In this document: positions 1 to 13,333 of the stretch, piece after piece
Numbering within the stretch: position 1 is the first letter of the stretch
Layout: every line of letters starts with the position of its first letter
Source: Stylophora pistillata
Taxonomy: Eukaryota
NCBI RefSeq assembly: GCF_002571385.2
Contig: NW_019218296.1
Span: forward strand, 38,176-102,175
Direction: 5' to 3'
DNA length: 64,000 nucleotides
The notes under the pieces: model-generated
The model's input: only the letters and a program-made list of their open reading frames with translations
Databases searched by the model: none
Told to the model about the DNA's origin: nothing
Position numbers and translations under genes: made by a program

Positions 1-301
1 GACAATACTGTTCAATATTACAGACAATACTGTTCAATATTACCGACAATACTGTTCAATATTACAGACAATACTGTTCAATATTACAGACAATACTGTT
101 CAATATTACAGACAATACTGTTCAATACTACAGACAATACTGTTCAATATTACAGACAATACTGTTCAATATTACAGACAATACTGTTCAATATTACAGA
201 CAATACTGTTCAATATTACAGACAATACTGTTCAATATTACAGACAATACTGTTCAATACTACAGACAATACTGTTCAATATTACAGACAATACTGTTCA
301 A
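1..301. repeat. 22-bp tandem repeat (GACAATACTGTTCAATATTACA), about 14 near-identical copies, in an ILVBL intron
   Basis: Direct periodicity; array runs off the window start. Confidence 0.95.
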
Positions 302-454
302 TGGCAGTGGTAATCAAAAATGAAAAGCACTGACAGAAATTTATGAGGCTAACAACTCATCTGGTCAAAACAAGATGTAAGATCAGTTTCTGTATTGATT
401 CCACGTCAGTCTACCCTTCTTTGAATCATCTGGGCTGAAAAGTACAAGTCTTAC

Positions 455-3400
455 CTTGTAACTGTAGCACAGTACTTGCACAAAGACTTGAACAAACTCA
501 TATGGTCAATATCTTGTAGTGCTCCACGTCCCTAAAAGAAATCATCAAGATAATAACAGCCAATAATAATTAGTAACTGCAAAGAACTAAATCAGAAGCA
601 AATTAACTTAACCCTTTATTAGAACCAAGCATCTAATTTCTAGATAAAAGAGACATGTATTGCAAGGAAGGGTGTTCTCATGAAAAGGATTCCAATCACT
701 ATTTTAATGTCTGATCAATATTGTCTCCAACAGAGAAGTCTTAAGGAGACTAGGTGCCTTATTGATTAATGAGCTGGGCCCAGTTGTTTGAGGGCTGGTT
801 TATTATTCTTATTTACATTGGCCAGGTTTTTTTAATCACTTGTTCTAAAGCCTTTTTTAGACCATTTTTCTCCATTCTTTTTAAGAGCATCCGATCATAG
901 AACTTTCAGATGCAAAATAAGATGTCACACTAACCCTGGGTTATCTTAACCCATCTTTGAGCAACCCGTCCCTGGCCTGTGGATTGACAGGTCTGGATTC
1001 AAACTCTAATTAGGTCACTGTCTAGTGCTCTTTAACAGGACAGTTTATGTTAAGATTTTTCCAATTTTTGGTTTCCGTGTTCTACGTAGAAGCTAGTGTC
1101 ACGAGACCTGTTTTCCATATTTGGTATTGTACACGAGGTTTTCTGCTTTGATTAAAAACAGTTCTTCCGCCATCTTGATCTGGTTACTGTGTTCCTGGCT
1201 TTTTATTCGGAATACACAACAGTTTACTCTCACAGTGCCTCCATTGGGTAACAGCAAAATACACATTTACAAAATTTATGGAGGTAGCCACATGACTGCA
1301 ATCCCATCCAGCAAAGGGGGTAACAAATAATCCTAGTCACTTCAGGCTGCTGAAACAGACTCTGACAAGATTAGCCTTCTGGCATACAGAGCTCTCTTGA
1401 ACAAGACAGAAATCTAAAGTTATCAATTCAAACAAAGTACAGACCTTCAGGAGTGTAGCAGCAGCTCCACCTAACAACAGCACAGGAGACTCTGCCATTT
1501 GTGCATTCTTCACAGCTGTCACTGTATTTGTTAGACCTGAAATGACGACGAAATATAAATCTACTTGCTAAAACATATACATTTTGACTGAAATATGGGT
1601 CAAGTTTGGCCTCAACTCAAAAGCCATTGAAAACACCATATGATCCAAAACAGAGAAAGAAGGATCCAAAATAAAAAAAGGTAGAGACATCTGGCATTCC
1701 ATTCAGTATCTACTTGCCTGGACCAGCAGTAACAGCTGCCACACCAACAACTCCTGATAACCTGGCAACTGCGTCTGCGGCAAATACAGCTGTCACCTGA
1801 TTACAGAAAGAAAGCAAAAGTATTACTTGTCATCTTTCATTGCATGAGTTTGAAGGCTGTCGTAGCATCATATTTAAAGTTAAACCTGCCATGTTTCCTG
1901 GTGTAATGATCATCTAAAGAATATCACAAAAATTTTTTTTAAGCTTAGTATTTGCTTTCAATGAAAAAATATTTCTTCAGCTGAAAATAATTATTACCTT
2001 TGAACCACATTACCTCATGTCGTGTGTCAATAACTCTGATTCCTAGATTTTGACATGACACTAAAATTGGGGATATGTGGCCGCCACAGAGTGTAAAAAC
2101 ATATTTGACACCATGAGCCTGTAAAAAAAAGAGGCAAAATAATACACAATATTATTAATCCTAAATAATACATAAAAAAGCAGCTTTCATTAGCTGAACA
2201 TCATCAACTACCTCATGGATTTCAGTAACTTATCTACCTGTAACACAAGATGTAGTGGATGGTTCCAAAAAATATCCAAAAAGTTATTTATTATGACAGT
2301 TATCAAATTAAATAAAATCTTGTGTTGTTACATACTTAAGTCCTGTTTCCCACAACCTCAGATATGGACTATCAAATTAAAGTAGTGTCTCAGAGTATAG
2401 ATTATTATCTGCAAATCACTCCAGGTTATTTCATACTAGCCTGAGTGTTACACACCCCTGGGTTTTCAACACCTCTGGGTATTCAACTCCTCTTGGTATT
2501 ACATATCCTGAGTATTACATGCCCCTAGGTATATTTTATATACCCCTGGGCATTATTTACCCTTAGGTACTATATACCCCTGGGTATGACATGCCCCTAG
2601 GTATTACACACTTCTACAACTTTATTATGCAAAACAAGATACCATGTTGGTGATCTTCAGACAATAACCCTACACTTGTAACATCTCGTCCAATGTTCAA
2701 GTAAATAAAATTCAGCAAAAAAAATTGATGTTAGAGCAAGTTCCATTCAGCAGGCAAACCACAACTGTCACATCTTCACTGATTTTTTTCAGATTTTTTT
2801 TTTCGGCTAAAAAGGAGGGACCACTCACAGTCTATATATAACCCTTGCCCAAAGTGTCAGCAATGTTGTTACCTTTTCTTTCCAAGTATCTTAAAAGTTG
2901 ACTTTTCCACAAATCATCATGTATATACCCTGATAATTGTGAAGTACAACACCACAAAGGTTTGTGATCATTATATCCCACTAGACTTATCAACTCTAAC
3001 CTTTAAAACTTCACCGACTAATTCTCCACCATGTCTGTTGCTGTTTTCATCCAGCTACATGGATAAAAACAAAAATGATCTGCATTTCATACCTTTAATT
3101 GCCTTTTTAATACCTCAGCTTCTTGTTTAAAAAAATAAAACAAATTAGAATGTGCAAAATTTCTCATTTTCAGGATTATTTGGAGCGAGGGAAGAAAAAC
3201 GCGGAAATTTCATAAATGATTTCAGAACCATTCTTTCTTATCAAGTTCCCTTAACTATCTAGAGCCAGTTCTTTAATTAACACGATTCTCAGATTTGTGT
3301 GATGACTCAGGTAAGAGACTCAGGGGTACGATTTCCACTCAGCCTCACACTATTTTGAAACAAAAGCGAAATCTCAAAGGTAATCTATCGTTTCCGCTAT

Positions 3401-3764
3401 TTTTTTCTTTCTTCCAAAAGCTGTATGCATAATGGAGAACGGTGCTGTGCAGAAATCCTACCGACTCAGAGGGAGAAGGATCTTCTTAAAACTCAGTATA
3501 AGAATTTCTTGCTTATAAACCCAAATTTTTGAACGTATAGAAAAAGCGCTAGCTACTTGCAAAATTCTGGAAGTCATGTGACACGTCCATGTAGGGGATC
3601 TTAAGCATGATTTTTATATTTACACAATAAAAGACAGTAAATTGTTTTACCTTATAAATTTATCTATGCAAGATTCTTAATTTATACACGAAGAAAATAA
3701 TCCCGACGAGAGCGACTGCAACAACACTGAAAAGTCCCGCGAGAAAAACGTTCGACTCCGCCAT
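455..3764 (-). CDS. ILVBL: Acetolactate synthase-like protein / 2-hydroxyacyl-CoA lyase 2 (ThDP enzyme), 5' six exons; continues left of the window; in-frame TAA in exon 1
   Basis: Exons 3764-3651, 3054-3001, 2118-2014, 1796-1718, 1536-1445, 531-455 with consistent phases. Translation: N-terminal TM anchor, then [29 protein letters not shown]...[20 protein letters not shown]...[22 protein letters not shown]...[10 protein letters not shown], close to vertebrate ILVBL. Confidence 0.9.
775..975. mobile_element. Decayed non-autonomous DNA transposon (MITE, Harbinger-like ends)
   Basis: Imperfect inverted ends GGCCCAGTTGTTTGAGGG ... CTTTGAGCAACCCGTCC; no coding capacity. Confidence 0.4.
1048..1221. 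mobile_element. Putative solo LTR (174 bp) inserted in a decayed SINE
   Basis: TGTT...AACA termini with 5-bp duplication GTTTA (1043-1047, 1222-1226). Removing it rejoins SINE sequence resembling the copy at 63708-63998. Confidence 0.55.
2440..2610. repeat. Degenerate tandem repeat of about 20-22 bp (CCCCTGGGTATTAC-like)
   Basis: Recurring CCCCTRGGTAT motif. Confidence 0.6.
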
Positions 3765-3963
3765 GTTCAATATATCTGCACGAGTAGAACTGAAACTAAT
3801 GGAGTATCTCGCTGACTGAATACTAATGCACCTTCCTAGTGTCCAGTCCATATACGGCCAACATGGCGGCATTAAGACTTCGAAGGGATGGATAGAGTTT
3901 TCACGACATATTCGTGGAGCTCTATGGTGTTTGTTAAGGATTTTTAGCGGCAATAGTTTGAAA
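3765..3963. promoter_or_regulatory. Bidirectional promoter between ILVBL and TYW2
   Basis: Divergent ATGs 200 bp apart; CpG-richer than flanking introns. Confidence 0.6.
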
Positions 3964-6397
3964 ATGTCCTGGGTTTTTGTGACGTCTAAAATCAATGGCC
4001 AGAAGGCAAGGTACGTGTCGCAGGTTTGTTGGTAATAATTACAACGGGTAGCCTTAACTACAATTTGTAATATTACTGCTACTACTAATTACTTAATCCT
4101 CTAGACCGTACAAGCGACCAGCGTGGAATTTCTCCTTACAGTAATGCTTTCGAAACATTTATTAAGACCATGAGAATAAAGGGAATGATCAGAAGCTAAG
4201 TTCTCATTGTAGTACCGAAGAAAAAGTATAGAGTGGAGCACGAGGAAAAAAATTATATGGATACTGATGTAGGCGTGTAAAGGATCAAGTGAAAGACATA
4301 ATGATGAATCAAAGTTTTATTCTGCTTATTTTTATTGTCTTAAGTTCTCAAACTCATATCCTTGGGTGAATTATATATTTTGGCATTATGTAATGCCTAA
4401 TTTTTTTTCAGCCTGTAAATTAACCGTTTTGAGAAAGTATTTATTACAGGTATTCTTCAGTATTGGAAAAAGGATGAAATTTTCAGAGCACTTTTAAATC
4501 ATTGTCTTTTGTAGTGATAATTGTTTTGAATGAATATTAGGTTAAGAACTCTTTCACCTTAGATTTAAATTAGCTTAGCTATATAGATTTAGGAGAAAAA
4601 GGTTGAAGTGCAATTGCTATGGATAATAATTATATTATGATATTGGTTGGAAGAGTTACAGATAAGGGGTAAATTATTCTAATATTCTTAACAATAGGTC
4701 ATTTCTTTCCTCCCAGGAAATATTTTGAAGACAGAGGACAGTATGATATGGAAAGGAAAGTGACAAAGTACTCCACAAATGAAGTAATGATTCCTTTACA
4801 ACAAGAGCTGGCAGAAAAAATTATCAGTGAACAGTCAGGAAAAAGTAAAATATCTTCGCTTGTTCCATTTGAGGGAAGAGTTGAATGCATGGAGGGAGAT
4901 ATTTTGAACACAAGACAGGGAATATTGTCTCCTCGAGAGAAGCTGAAGAATGCTATTGTCAGTTTATTGCACATGAATGCTGGGACATTTGATGAGTTGT
5001 TACCAGAAGATATACCTTCACACTGGGAACAGCATGGAGATCTTATTCTTTTACCAGAGAACAGTTTCACTTCAAATAAGTGGAGAGACTTTGGTGGAGA
5101 ATTATGGAGAATTGTTGCAAAAAGTCTTGGTGTCACAAGACTTGCTAAGAAATCTACCATAAATAATGATGGTTTCAGAACTCCCAAAGTCACTCTGCTT
5201 TTGGGCGAGGATGAATGGGTAACTCACACTGACAATGGCATCAAATATACCTTTGATGTCACGAAGTGCATGTTCTCATCAGGAAATATTACAGAAAAGA
5301 TGCGAGTTGGAAATTTTGACTGTTCTGGTCAAACTGTTGTTGATCTATATGCTGGAATTGGTTATTTTGTCCTACCCTATCTTGTTCATGCAAAAGCAGC
5401 CATGGTTCATGCTTGTGAGTGGAATGAAAATGCTGTAGAGGCCTTGAGAAGAAACCTGAAATTGAATGGTGTTGATAAACAATGTGTCATTCATGAGGGA
5501 GACAATCTGAAGGTAAACAACAGCTCATAAAATTGGTTTTGTAGTGTGAATTGCAATGACTCTGATGACAACCATTCTTTGTACTGTTGAAATGTTGGTT
5601 ACTGTCAGAAATTTGAAAATTTCCGTTACCCATGTAAGTTTTATATTTGCAGGTAAAGGTAAGCAATGTGAACGCCTCCCTTGAGTTAATTGAAATCACT
5701 CCAAATTTGATGCCATTGTCTTATCTGACTTGATATTTAGTTTCCTCTTCAAGGAGTGGCAGATCATGTCAATCTGGGCCTCATCCCCTCTAGTGAGGCA
5801 GGATGGCCAGTGGCTTGTGCAGCACTTAACTCTGATAGAGGAGGATGGTTACATATTCATGGAAATGTTACATCAGGTGTAGTGGACCATAAAGGAAATG
5901 GAAAAACTCAGGATACTTTTCTGCCTTCAAGACAAACAGAGGAAGCAGACATGACAAGCTTCCACGATTCCCTCAATGACAATTGTGGCTTTAGTGAACA
6001 AGACCAACACTCATCAACTTGCTGTCATCCACAGAATACGTCAATGTGTGTAGTAAATCAAGGCCATGAACAAGACAACAATATAGTTTTGACAAAATCA
6101 TCTGAGCTGGAACCTTCATTGATCTCTGCTGAGTCAATTGTAGTTTCATCACAATCTGACCTTGCATTCTTGAAACAATATCATTTACCATCTTGCAACA
6201 AGAAAGTAAAGCAAGAGTGGCTAGATTGGGCAAAATATGTTGCTCATACTCTACTGCATCAATTAAGGAAATTGCATGGCAAACAGGAGTGGAATGTCCA
6301 AGTAGAGCACATTGAACATGTGAAGTCCTATGCTCCTCACGTAGATCACTTAGTGTTGGATGTGAAATGTCATCCACTGTGTGGTTATCAACCCTGA
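3964..6397 (+). CDS. TRMT12: tRNA wybutosine-synthesizing protein 2 (Met-10+/TRM5-TYW2 SAM-dependent transferase)
   Basis: Exons 3964-4010, 4717-5512, 5741-6397 in phase. Motifs WEQHGDL, DNGIKYTFDVTKCMFSSGNITEK, VVDLYAGIGYF, ACEWN, ADHVNLGLIPSSE, VKSYAPHVDHLVLD. Confidence 0.93.
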
Positions 6398-7402
6398 TGC
6401 CCTTAGCTGTGGCTGAATCTTAACCTGTGAATCAGGGTCAAGGCAAAAAAACAGAAATTTATAGCTGTAAAATCAATGATTTATAAGTTAATCAATGAAA
6501 AATAAAGTTTATCAATTATGGGGCTTGTTTTTTTTTAAATTCCCTTAAAAATAATGAGATAAATGTGATCAAAATAAACGGTATCTTTGAAACTATCATT
6601 GTGCATCAAAGTTAACAGGAAAAGGAGATTTGTTTTGGACAATCATGCATACATCATTGATGATGTTATGCTTGAAAATGCATTATTTTAATGGTAACTT
6701 TAGAGTACCCAAGTCTCTGGGAACAGAGCAAGAATTGTAATATGTATCCCATCACATAACATATTTATGATCAACTTCCTTATTCTGGGCATGGAATCAC
6801 AGAACCTTTATTGATATCTTAAAAATTTAGATCTTAAAAATTATAGCTAGGTATAGATACCCTTAGGCTAGTGACCTGTGGAAGAAATGTCTGGAAAAAC
6901 TTTTGAGACTACAAGAACACCAGAGTCCCAACATCTTAAAAAAAAAAAAAACAGACTAATAGACAAAAAGAATTTGCGAAAATATTTACCAAATTAGAAA
7001 CGAATTTTTAAGAATGAAAACTTATCCTTTTTGATAAGGACGTGAGGTATTAACACCACAAGTGATTCACTGTTTGCCACGACATCCACTCAATAACGCT
7101 TAGATCAACAACAGAAAAAAAAAAGAGCTCCATAAATAAGGGCAATAGGCCTCCTTCAGCAGACCTTTAAAACCACCAATGAAAGATCTAATAAGTTATT
7201 TTGTACGCAAAAGCGTTATTACTTATAGTAATTCTGAAATAATGATCGTACACTTGGTTTTACGTTTTAACCCACCCATCCCCTGCCCCTTTCCCTGCCC
7301 ATCCCCTGCCCACATCAAACAAGTAAAGGCTTGGCTACTCAGTTATTAGTTAGCGAAATTTATCTGAACTTTGCAACAGATTCTTCAGACACTGAAATTG
7401 TA

Positions 7403-10400
7403 ATGATGACAGGCCTTGCGCGTCCAGTGTACATCGTAGCGGCTAAGAGAACCGCGTTTGGCTCATTTGGAGGAAAACTTAAGGGTGTAACGGCTACTGT
7501 GATGGGACAACATGCCGCTGTTGCTGCGATGGAAGCAGGAAAAGTCGATCCAGCTATTGTGGACTCGTCTGTGTTTGGTAACGTTATTCAGGTGAAATAT
7601 TTCAACTTGGGTCTAAATATTTTATCAAAAGAAAACTTAGGGCTAGTTCATAGATCAGGAAGGTATTTTTGGGATTTAAAGTTGTAGAAAAAAGCGATCT
7701 GATGGATTAATTTTATTTTCGTCTTTAAGTGGGCTGCTCTCTTGACCTTGTACCGTACTCGTCATGATGGACTTTGTACTTTGTAGCAGAACACTTGCGA
7801 CGTGTAATTCCTGATGACAATTTCACATACTGCATTTTTGCCAAGGTTCAGAAATGACGATAAACTGATGAAAGCAGTCATGTCCTTTAGCTTGTTTTTA
7901 GAGGAACAGATAGACCACGATTGGCTGTCAGACAGACTATTTTAGTCGGTGTTTTTCCTATCGTGTGACAGGTCTGCACCTGTTAGGTTCCCCTGCCTGA
8001 TGTAAGCAGGGTTATACCGAGAATCAATTTTTTTCAGATCTCTTTAAATTTACTTAATATCATTAAATTCAATCAAAATTGCTTGTACGCGCAGCACACA
8101 GTCTTTCTACCAGTGCTCAAAACGTTACTGAAAATTACTCTATCATTATAACGAAAATAAATTTTTTGGCATGTACCAATACTAAGACGTGAAGTGAACA
8201 GAAAGTGTCTTGCTAGCCTATGATGGTTAATCTTTTGATTCCCATTTCCAGAGTGCATCAGATGCAGCTTATCTCTCAAGACATATTGCTCTGAAAGCCA
8301 ATGTTCCTGTTTCAACCCCAGCTTTAACTTTGAACAGACTCTGTGGTTCAGGTTTCCAGGCAGTTGTCACAGCAGCACAAGAGATTCAGTTGGGTGAAAG
8401 TGACGTTGTCTTGTGTGGAGGCTCAGAGAACATGAGTCAAGCACCATATGCCCTTAGAGATGCTAGATTTGGAACAAAATTAGGTCTTGACTTAAAGGTG
8501 AGCTTTCTTCTGGAGACTTTTTCTTCCATTAGATCTTCTTCAAAGTTGAATGGTGTATATTTCTTGATCAATGATGTATACTCAGATGGTCCTGTTTATC
8601 TGTTTTTTTATTCCTTTTCAAGTCTGCACTAATTTGCAAATGTGATTATCATAATTACCTAAACCAATGTTTAAGGTACCAGGCTATAATGATTAATGTA
8701 GGTTAAAAGTCATTTTATTAATACTTCGGTTATTCTTTTATTTCATTCCCTAGCTTGAGGACACTCTGTGGCAAGGTTTGACAGATTTTCATGCTAAAAT
8801 GCCTATGGGTGTCACTGGAGAAAATCTCGCTGAAAAATATAGTATCACAAGGCAAGACTGTGACGAGTTTGCTCTGCTATCTCAAAAAAGATGGGCTGAA
8901 GGTAAATAAAACTCCAAGTCTGAAACTCATTACTAGGCTGTGCCCAGCTCTCAGTTGTGGCCTGGACAGGAATGCAAATGTGGGAGAGCAAACATTACTA
9001 ATTAGAGGGTATCTCATGTTTTTTTTTAACTCCCATGCAGGGCTTATTTTTCACCCACAATTTTCCACAAAGTGATAGCTTGAAACATGCATTACCTCTT
9101 TACACCCTAACATCAGTATCTATATTCTCCTTGCCCATCTTCATACATTTCCTTCGGTACTGATAAGGAGAATTGGATGAACAATCAAAGGTTTTTTTAG
9201 GTTGGTGATCATTTCCTACATTCTCATGATCTTTAATGAATGACTCAGTAATATTATCGTAAGAAGAAATTTAATCCTGGTCACTATAAGGAACCTTAAA
9301 CTCCCAAGATCTCCTTTCTAGTTGCTAGTTATGGAGGCAGCGTGGCTGAGTGGTTAAGGTGCTGGACTTGAAATCCAGTGGCCTGGTTTCAAGTCCTCCA
9401 CCCCGCCACTCACTGGATTTGTTCTCGGTTGCCCCTAGTTCAACTCCTCGGCTGTGCTCTTTAAATAGCTCACTAGTCGCCTCCTGCCAGTGGGGATTTT
9501 TAAGCACTTAGTTAAAACTACATTGTGGCTGAAAAAGCTCCTATGGGGGAGCCTCGATCAATGAATATTATTATGATTATTATTATTATTATCTTCTTGT
9601 AAATTAGTTACTGTTAATAACAGGAATTTGGTTACATCAAGATAGCAACTTCTACTCAATAAGTCTGAGTGTTCTCATAACCTGTTTGTTGGATAATGTA
9701 TGGCTATCATAGGAAGAAGTTACAGGTTGATCATTTCTGGAAGTGAAAGAGTTAAAAGCAAAGTTGCTGCTTTTCTCTATTTCATTTTCTATTTGCTACC
9801 AAAATTTTTCTGTTAGGTTGATAATATATAATTGTAGTTAATCTTATTTTTAGCTCATGCAGATGGCCGATTTGTTGAAGAGATTGTTCCTGTGACTGTG
9901 AAAGGCAGGAAGGGACCGGAGGAATTTAAGGTTGACGAACATCCCAAGCCAGACAGTACTATAGAGCAGCTGGCAAAGTTAGCACCTGTGTTTAAAAAAG
10001 ATGGAACAATCACTGCTGCCAATGCTTCTGTGAGAATCCTTTCGCTGTTGTTTTGTATATGTGTGTATGTGTTTTGTTACTGGAATGCAAATGACTGTCC
10101 TCATCAAGCTGCTCTGAGATTTTTGCTAATTATAAAACTGTAGTTTTAGTTCAATAGCTTGTGATACTTATTTCCACAATAAGGACAAACCAATAGATCA
10201 TTTTGCATATTTTTCCAGAAAATCCCCTTGTTGGTAAGAGGGTAGCATTGTTCTCATCCTGGAATAACATAAACATGAAAAGTTTCCAGATTTGTGACAA
10301 CATCTTTAAAATTTATCCTATAGAAAAGCAAGCAAAAAACCCTCTACATTCCATTCTCTACCTCTGCAGCACGGGCTTTCAACATTTTTCATCAATTTGA

Positions 10401-11949
10401 AAGCAATTTTGAAGACACTTGTCACACAACAAAACTAGTGTGTAGCCTAACTTACTAACAAGTTCTTCATGGTTAAGGTGCTTTGTTTACCTTTGAAAAG
10501 TCTTTTGTTTTGAATTCTTTCTCTTCTTGGTCTCGTGCCCCACAAAACCATTTAAAATCTCTCTTTGTAGGATTTACAATTTATGACTGAAAGTCACTTT
10601 CCCTAGTAGATAGTTATGGAAACTGTTTACAAGCAGTTGATGTAATAATACATTTTAATCTGTTTTTGTTGTTAGGGTATCTGTGATGGGGCTGCAGCAC
10701 TCATTTTAGTCAGTGAGAAAGCCCTGAAGGAACATAACTTCACCCCTCTAGCAAGAATTGCTTCATATTCTGTTGCTGGTGTAGAGCCATCGATCATGGG
10801 AATAGGTCCTGTCCCAGCTATCAAAGCAGCCCTCAATAAAGCTGGAAAGAGTCTACAAGACATGGCTCTTGTTGAGGTACTTGATATATTTGCACAGAGA
10901 ATATCTTGAAAAAGTGTTGAAATTTGCAAACTAATTTTCAAGATATGGATATAGAAGCATGGTAGAGGCTTGAAAAAATGGAAAGCTTTTCTAAGCTGTC
11001 AAGAGTGTTTGATTGCTTGTTGAGTTCGTAAAACCTTAGACCTTTACAACCTCAAACCTTTTCAGAGTGATTAGCATCTAACTTCTCCATACTGTGTCAC
11101 TGCTGAATCAGACACTTCAGTCATGAGAATAAAGAATTTGATCACCACCTTTAGAAGCTCTTGATTGTTGGACAAATTTTCCTTGTCAGAACCATAGGAA
11201 ATGAATGAAGAAGAGTATGGAGAGTACACAAACTGATGATTAAAATGGGGACTAAAGGATTTAAGTTGCTCAACTTAATATTGATGACCTTGGGCAGAAC
11301 ATTTTCTTAGTGTGAAGTATTCAATTATGAGGGCAAAGTTGTGGATACAGCTTTGGTGTAGTTATCAAGCTTATTTTCATACAACATAAAAGAAAATTAG
11401 ACTAAATTCCAAAATTCCCAGTACAGATGTACATAAGCAACATATGAATAAAGGCTGTGGTGCTGCATCAGTGGGGGTTGCCATAAAATATTTGGTTTAA
11501 TCAAATGAGTTGATAATGTAAATTGGCCACTGTAAAGAGTTTTGAAGGCTGACATTTGGAACATTGGTCCTTCGTTCAGAGTAGCCCTTCACTCATGTTA
11601 TTGACTCAAAACCAAACCAAACCAAACCCTAACCCTTAAAGCAACAACCAACCTGAACAAGTTTAAAACTATACCATGGCCTGAAAACAATCTCTTCCAA
11701 TCTTTACAGGTGAATGAAGCATTTGCACCCCAGTTTCTTGCAGTTCAAAGGGAGCTTGACCTTGACATGGACAAGACAAATGTAAATGGAGGAGCAATTG
11801 CCTTAGGGCACCCTGTAGGCACCTCAGGAGCAAGAATTACAGGGCACTTAGTGCATGAGCTGAGACGGATTGGTGCTAAGTATGCTGTTGGGTCTGCATG
11901 CATAGGAGGTGGTCAAGGAATCGCTGTGGTTCTTGAAAATGCTCAATGA
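7403..11949 (+). CDS. ACAA2: 3-ketoacyl-CoA thiolase, mitochondrial
   Basis: Exons 7403-7591, 8252-8497, 8754-8901, 9854-10029, 10676-10876, 11710-11949, all GT-AG and in phase. Catalytic motifs [28 protein letters not shown]. Confidence 0.95.
9332..9595 (+). mobile_element. tRNA-derived SINE with TAT-rich tail
   Basis: Head GGCAGCGTGGCTGAGTGGTTAAGG (A box) ... GGTTTCAAGTCC (B box), body, (TAT)n tail; in ACAA2 intron 3. Confidence 0.7.
11445..11590 (-). mobile_element. Decayed fragment of a Penelope-like pLTR family
   Basis: Similar to 49185-49340 and 60012-60110; hammerhead-like core is eroded. Confidence 0.45.
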
Positions 11950-13333
11950 GTTAAACCTTTGCAGTTCAAGTGGAAAAGAGACTTTCAGTAATATATTTTT
12001 TTTTTGTGGAGTTTTTATGAAGACAAATATTTTTGCTCTGAAAGAGCATATGAATGTGAAGGTTTGCAAAAAACAAATTGGCAAGTGCTAATGAGATATT
12101 TTGGCTTGCTGGCTTCTTCAAAACTTTAGGTATTGATATTTAATTTATAAGCCGCAGAAATCATTTGTCAAAAACCTTTCCAGTCTGAAGTGGAGTTAGT
12201 TATTACTCACTTTATTGCTTGGAAAAAACACCTCAACTCTCCACCTAGTTAATGAGGATTGTTTCCGGTATCATTTCTTCAGCATAAATAGAATTAGATT
12301 TTGAATTGAACTTGCATTATTTTCATTCAAAAACTGTGTTTAATTTTAACCTTTGTCAACTTTGAGCTGTTGAATCAATCAGTGGAAACTGTCAAAAAAA
12401 AGTCATGAATTAATATAATTTCACTGTTAATGAGCCTCTGCAGCACAAAGAAGACAAGTGTTGTGTTTACCACTTTCAAATGGGAATAAAATGAATCAAA
12501 GTCAGTTTTGATATACAAACATTGTTTCATTCTAAGTGAACTGTTCTTACATCTATTCTATTCCCTCTGCCCTGAGAAAGTTCTTGTCCATTTGAATCCT
12601 GAGCCTTGCCCTTTTCTTTTTTTGTGGGTGAACAGTACAATTCTTCTTCTTTTAAGTTGACTCTAAAAAATCTCCCCAGGCCTACCATTTTATTTAATTT
12701 CAAAATCTCAGCATCCAATGCAAATTTGACTGCCACATACCAACCATTTTATTTTAATGAGACCCAAAACTTAATGCAAAATGTACATTTTTATTTGGCA
12801 ATTAGAAGTTGAGTCTACACAAAAGAAGCCTTGTAGTGACAAGAAAGTTTCATACATATAAATACTATTGATGTTGACACCACAATCACAGGTTCTCCTT
12901 GGTCTTGTTTAACAATTCTAGCCTGAAGCACTGACTTGTTTGTTTTTTTTTTAATTAGTAAGAAAAGCCTCCCATCACTTAACCCTTTCACTTCCAAGAT
13001 CTCACTAGCAATTCTCCTAACTGTCTGCTATACAATTCTTGTGACGTTAGTTTGGAGAATTTAGTATTGCATCAACTGATAATCTGACTTTCTTTTTTCC
13101 TTATTCTCATTACTTGTCTGCTTGATACTGTTTAAGGAAAAGGGTTATTTTAAGAAAAATGAACGAGTTCAGGATATTTTGACTTGATTGCATCTCTTTA
13201 CAAAGCAGTCCCTTGACATTAAACAGCTGGCTCAGAAAAGGTGGTTCCCATTTGTGACCTTTACAATATACAGTAGCGACATATCAATCTTTGATTGTTT
13301 TGTTTTTTCTTGAAATCGTTTCAATTTCACCTT

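Noticed and set aside
1-301. 22-bp array as a CRISPR
   Set aside because: No spacers, no cas genes, eukaryotic intron; it is a plain minisatellite.
5880-6200. Long low-complexity insertion in TYW2 as a novel domain
   Set aside because: It falls in a loop that is also long and variable in vertebrate TRMT12.
4699-6377. Antisense ORFs over TYW2 (also over BORA, the YdhS-like, LRR and DNAJC5 exons)
   Set aside because: Shadow ORFs of real coding exons with no independent support.
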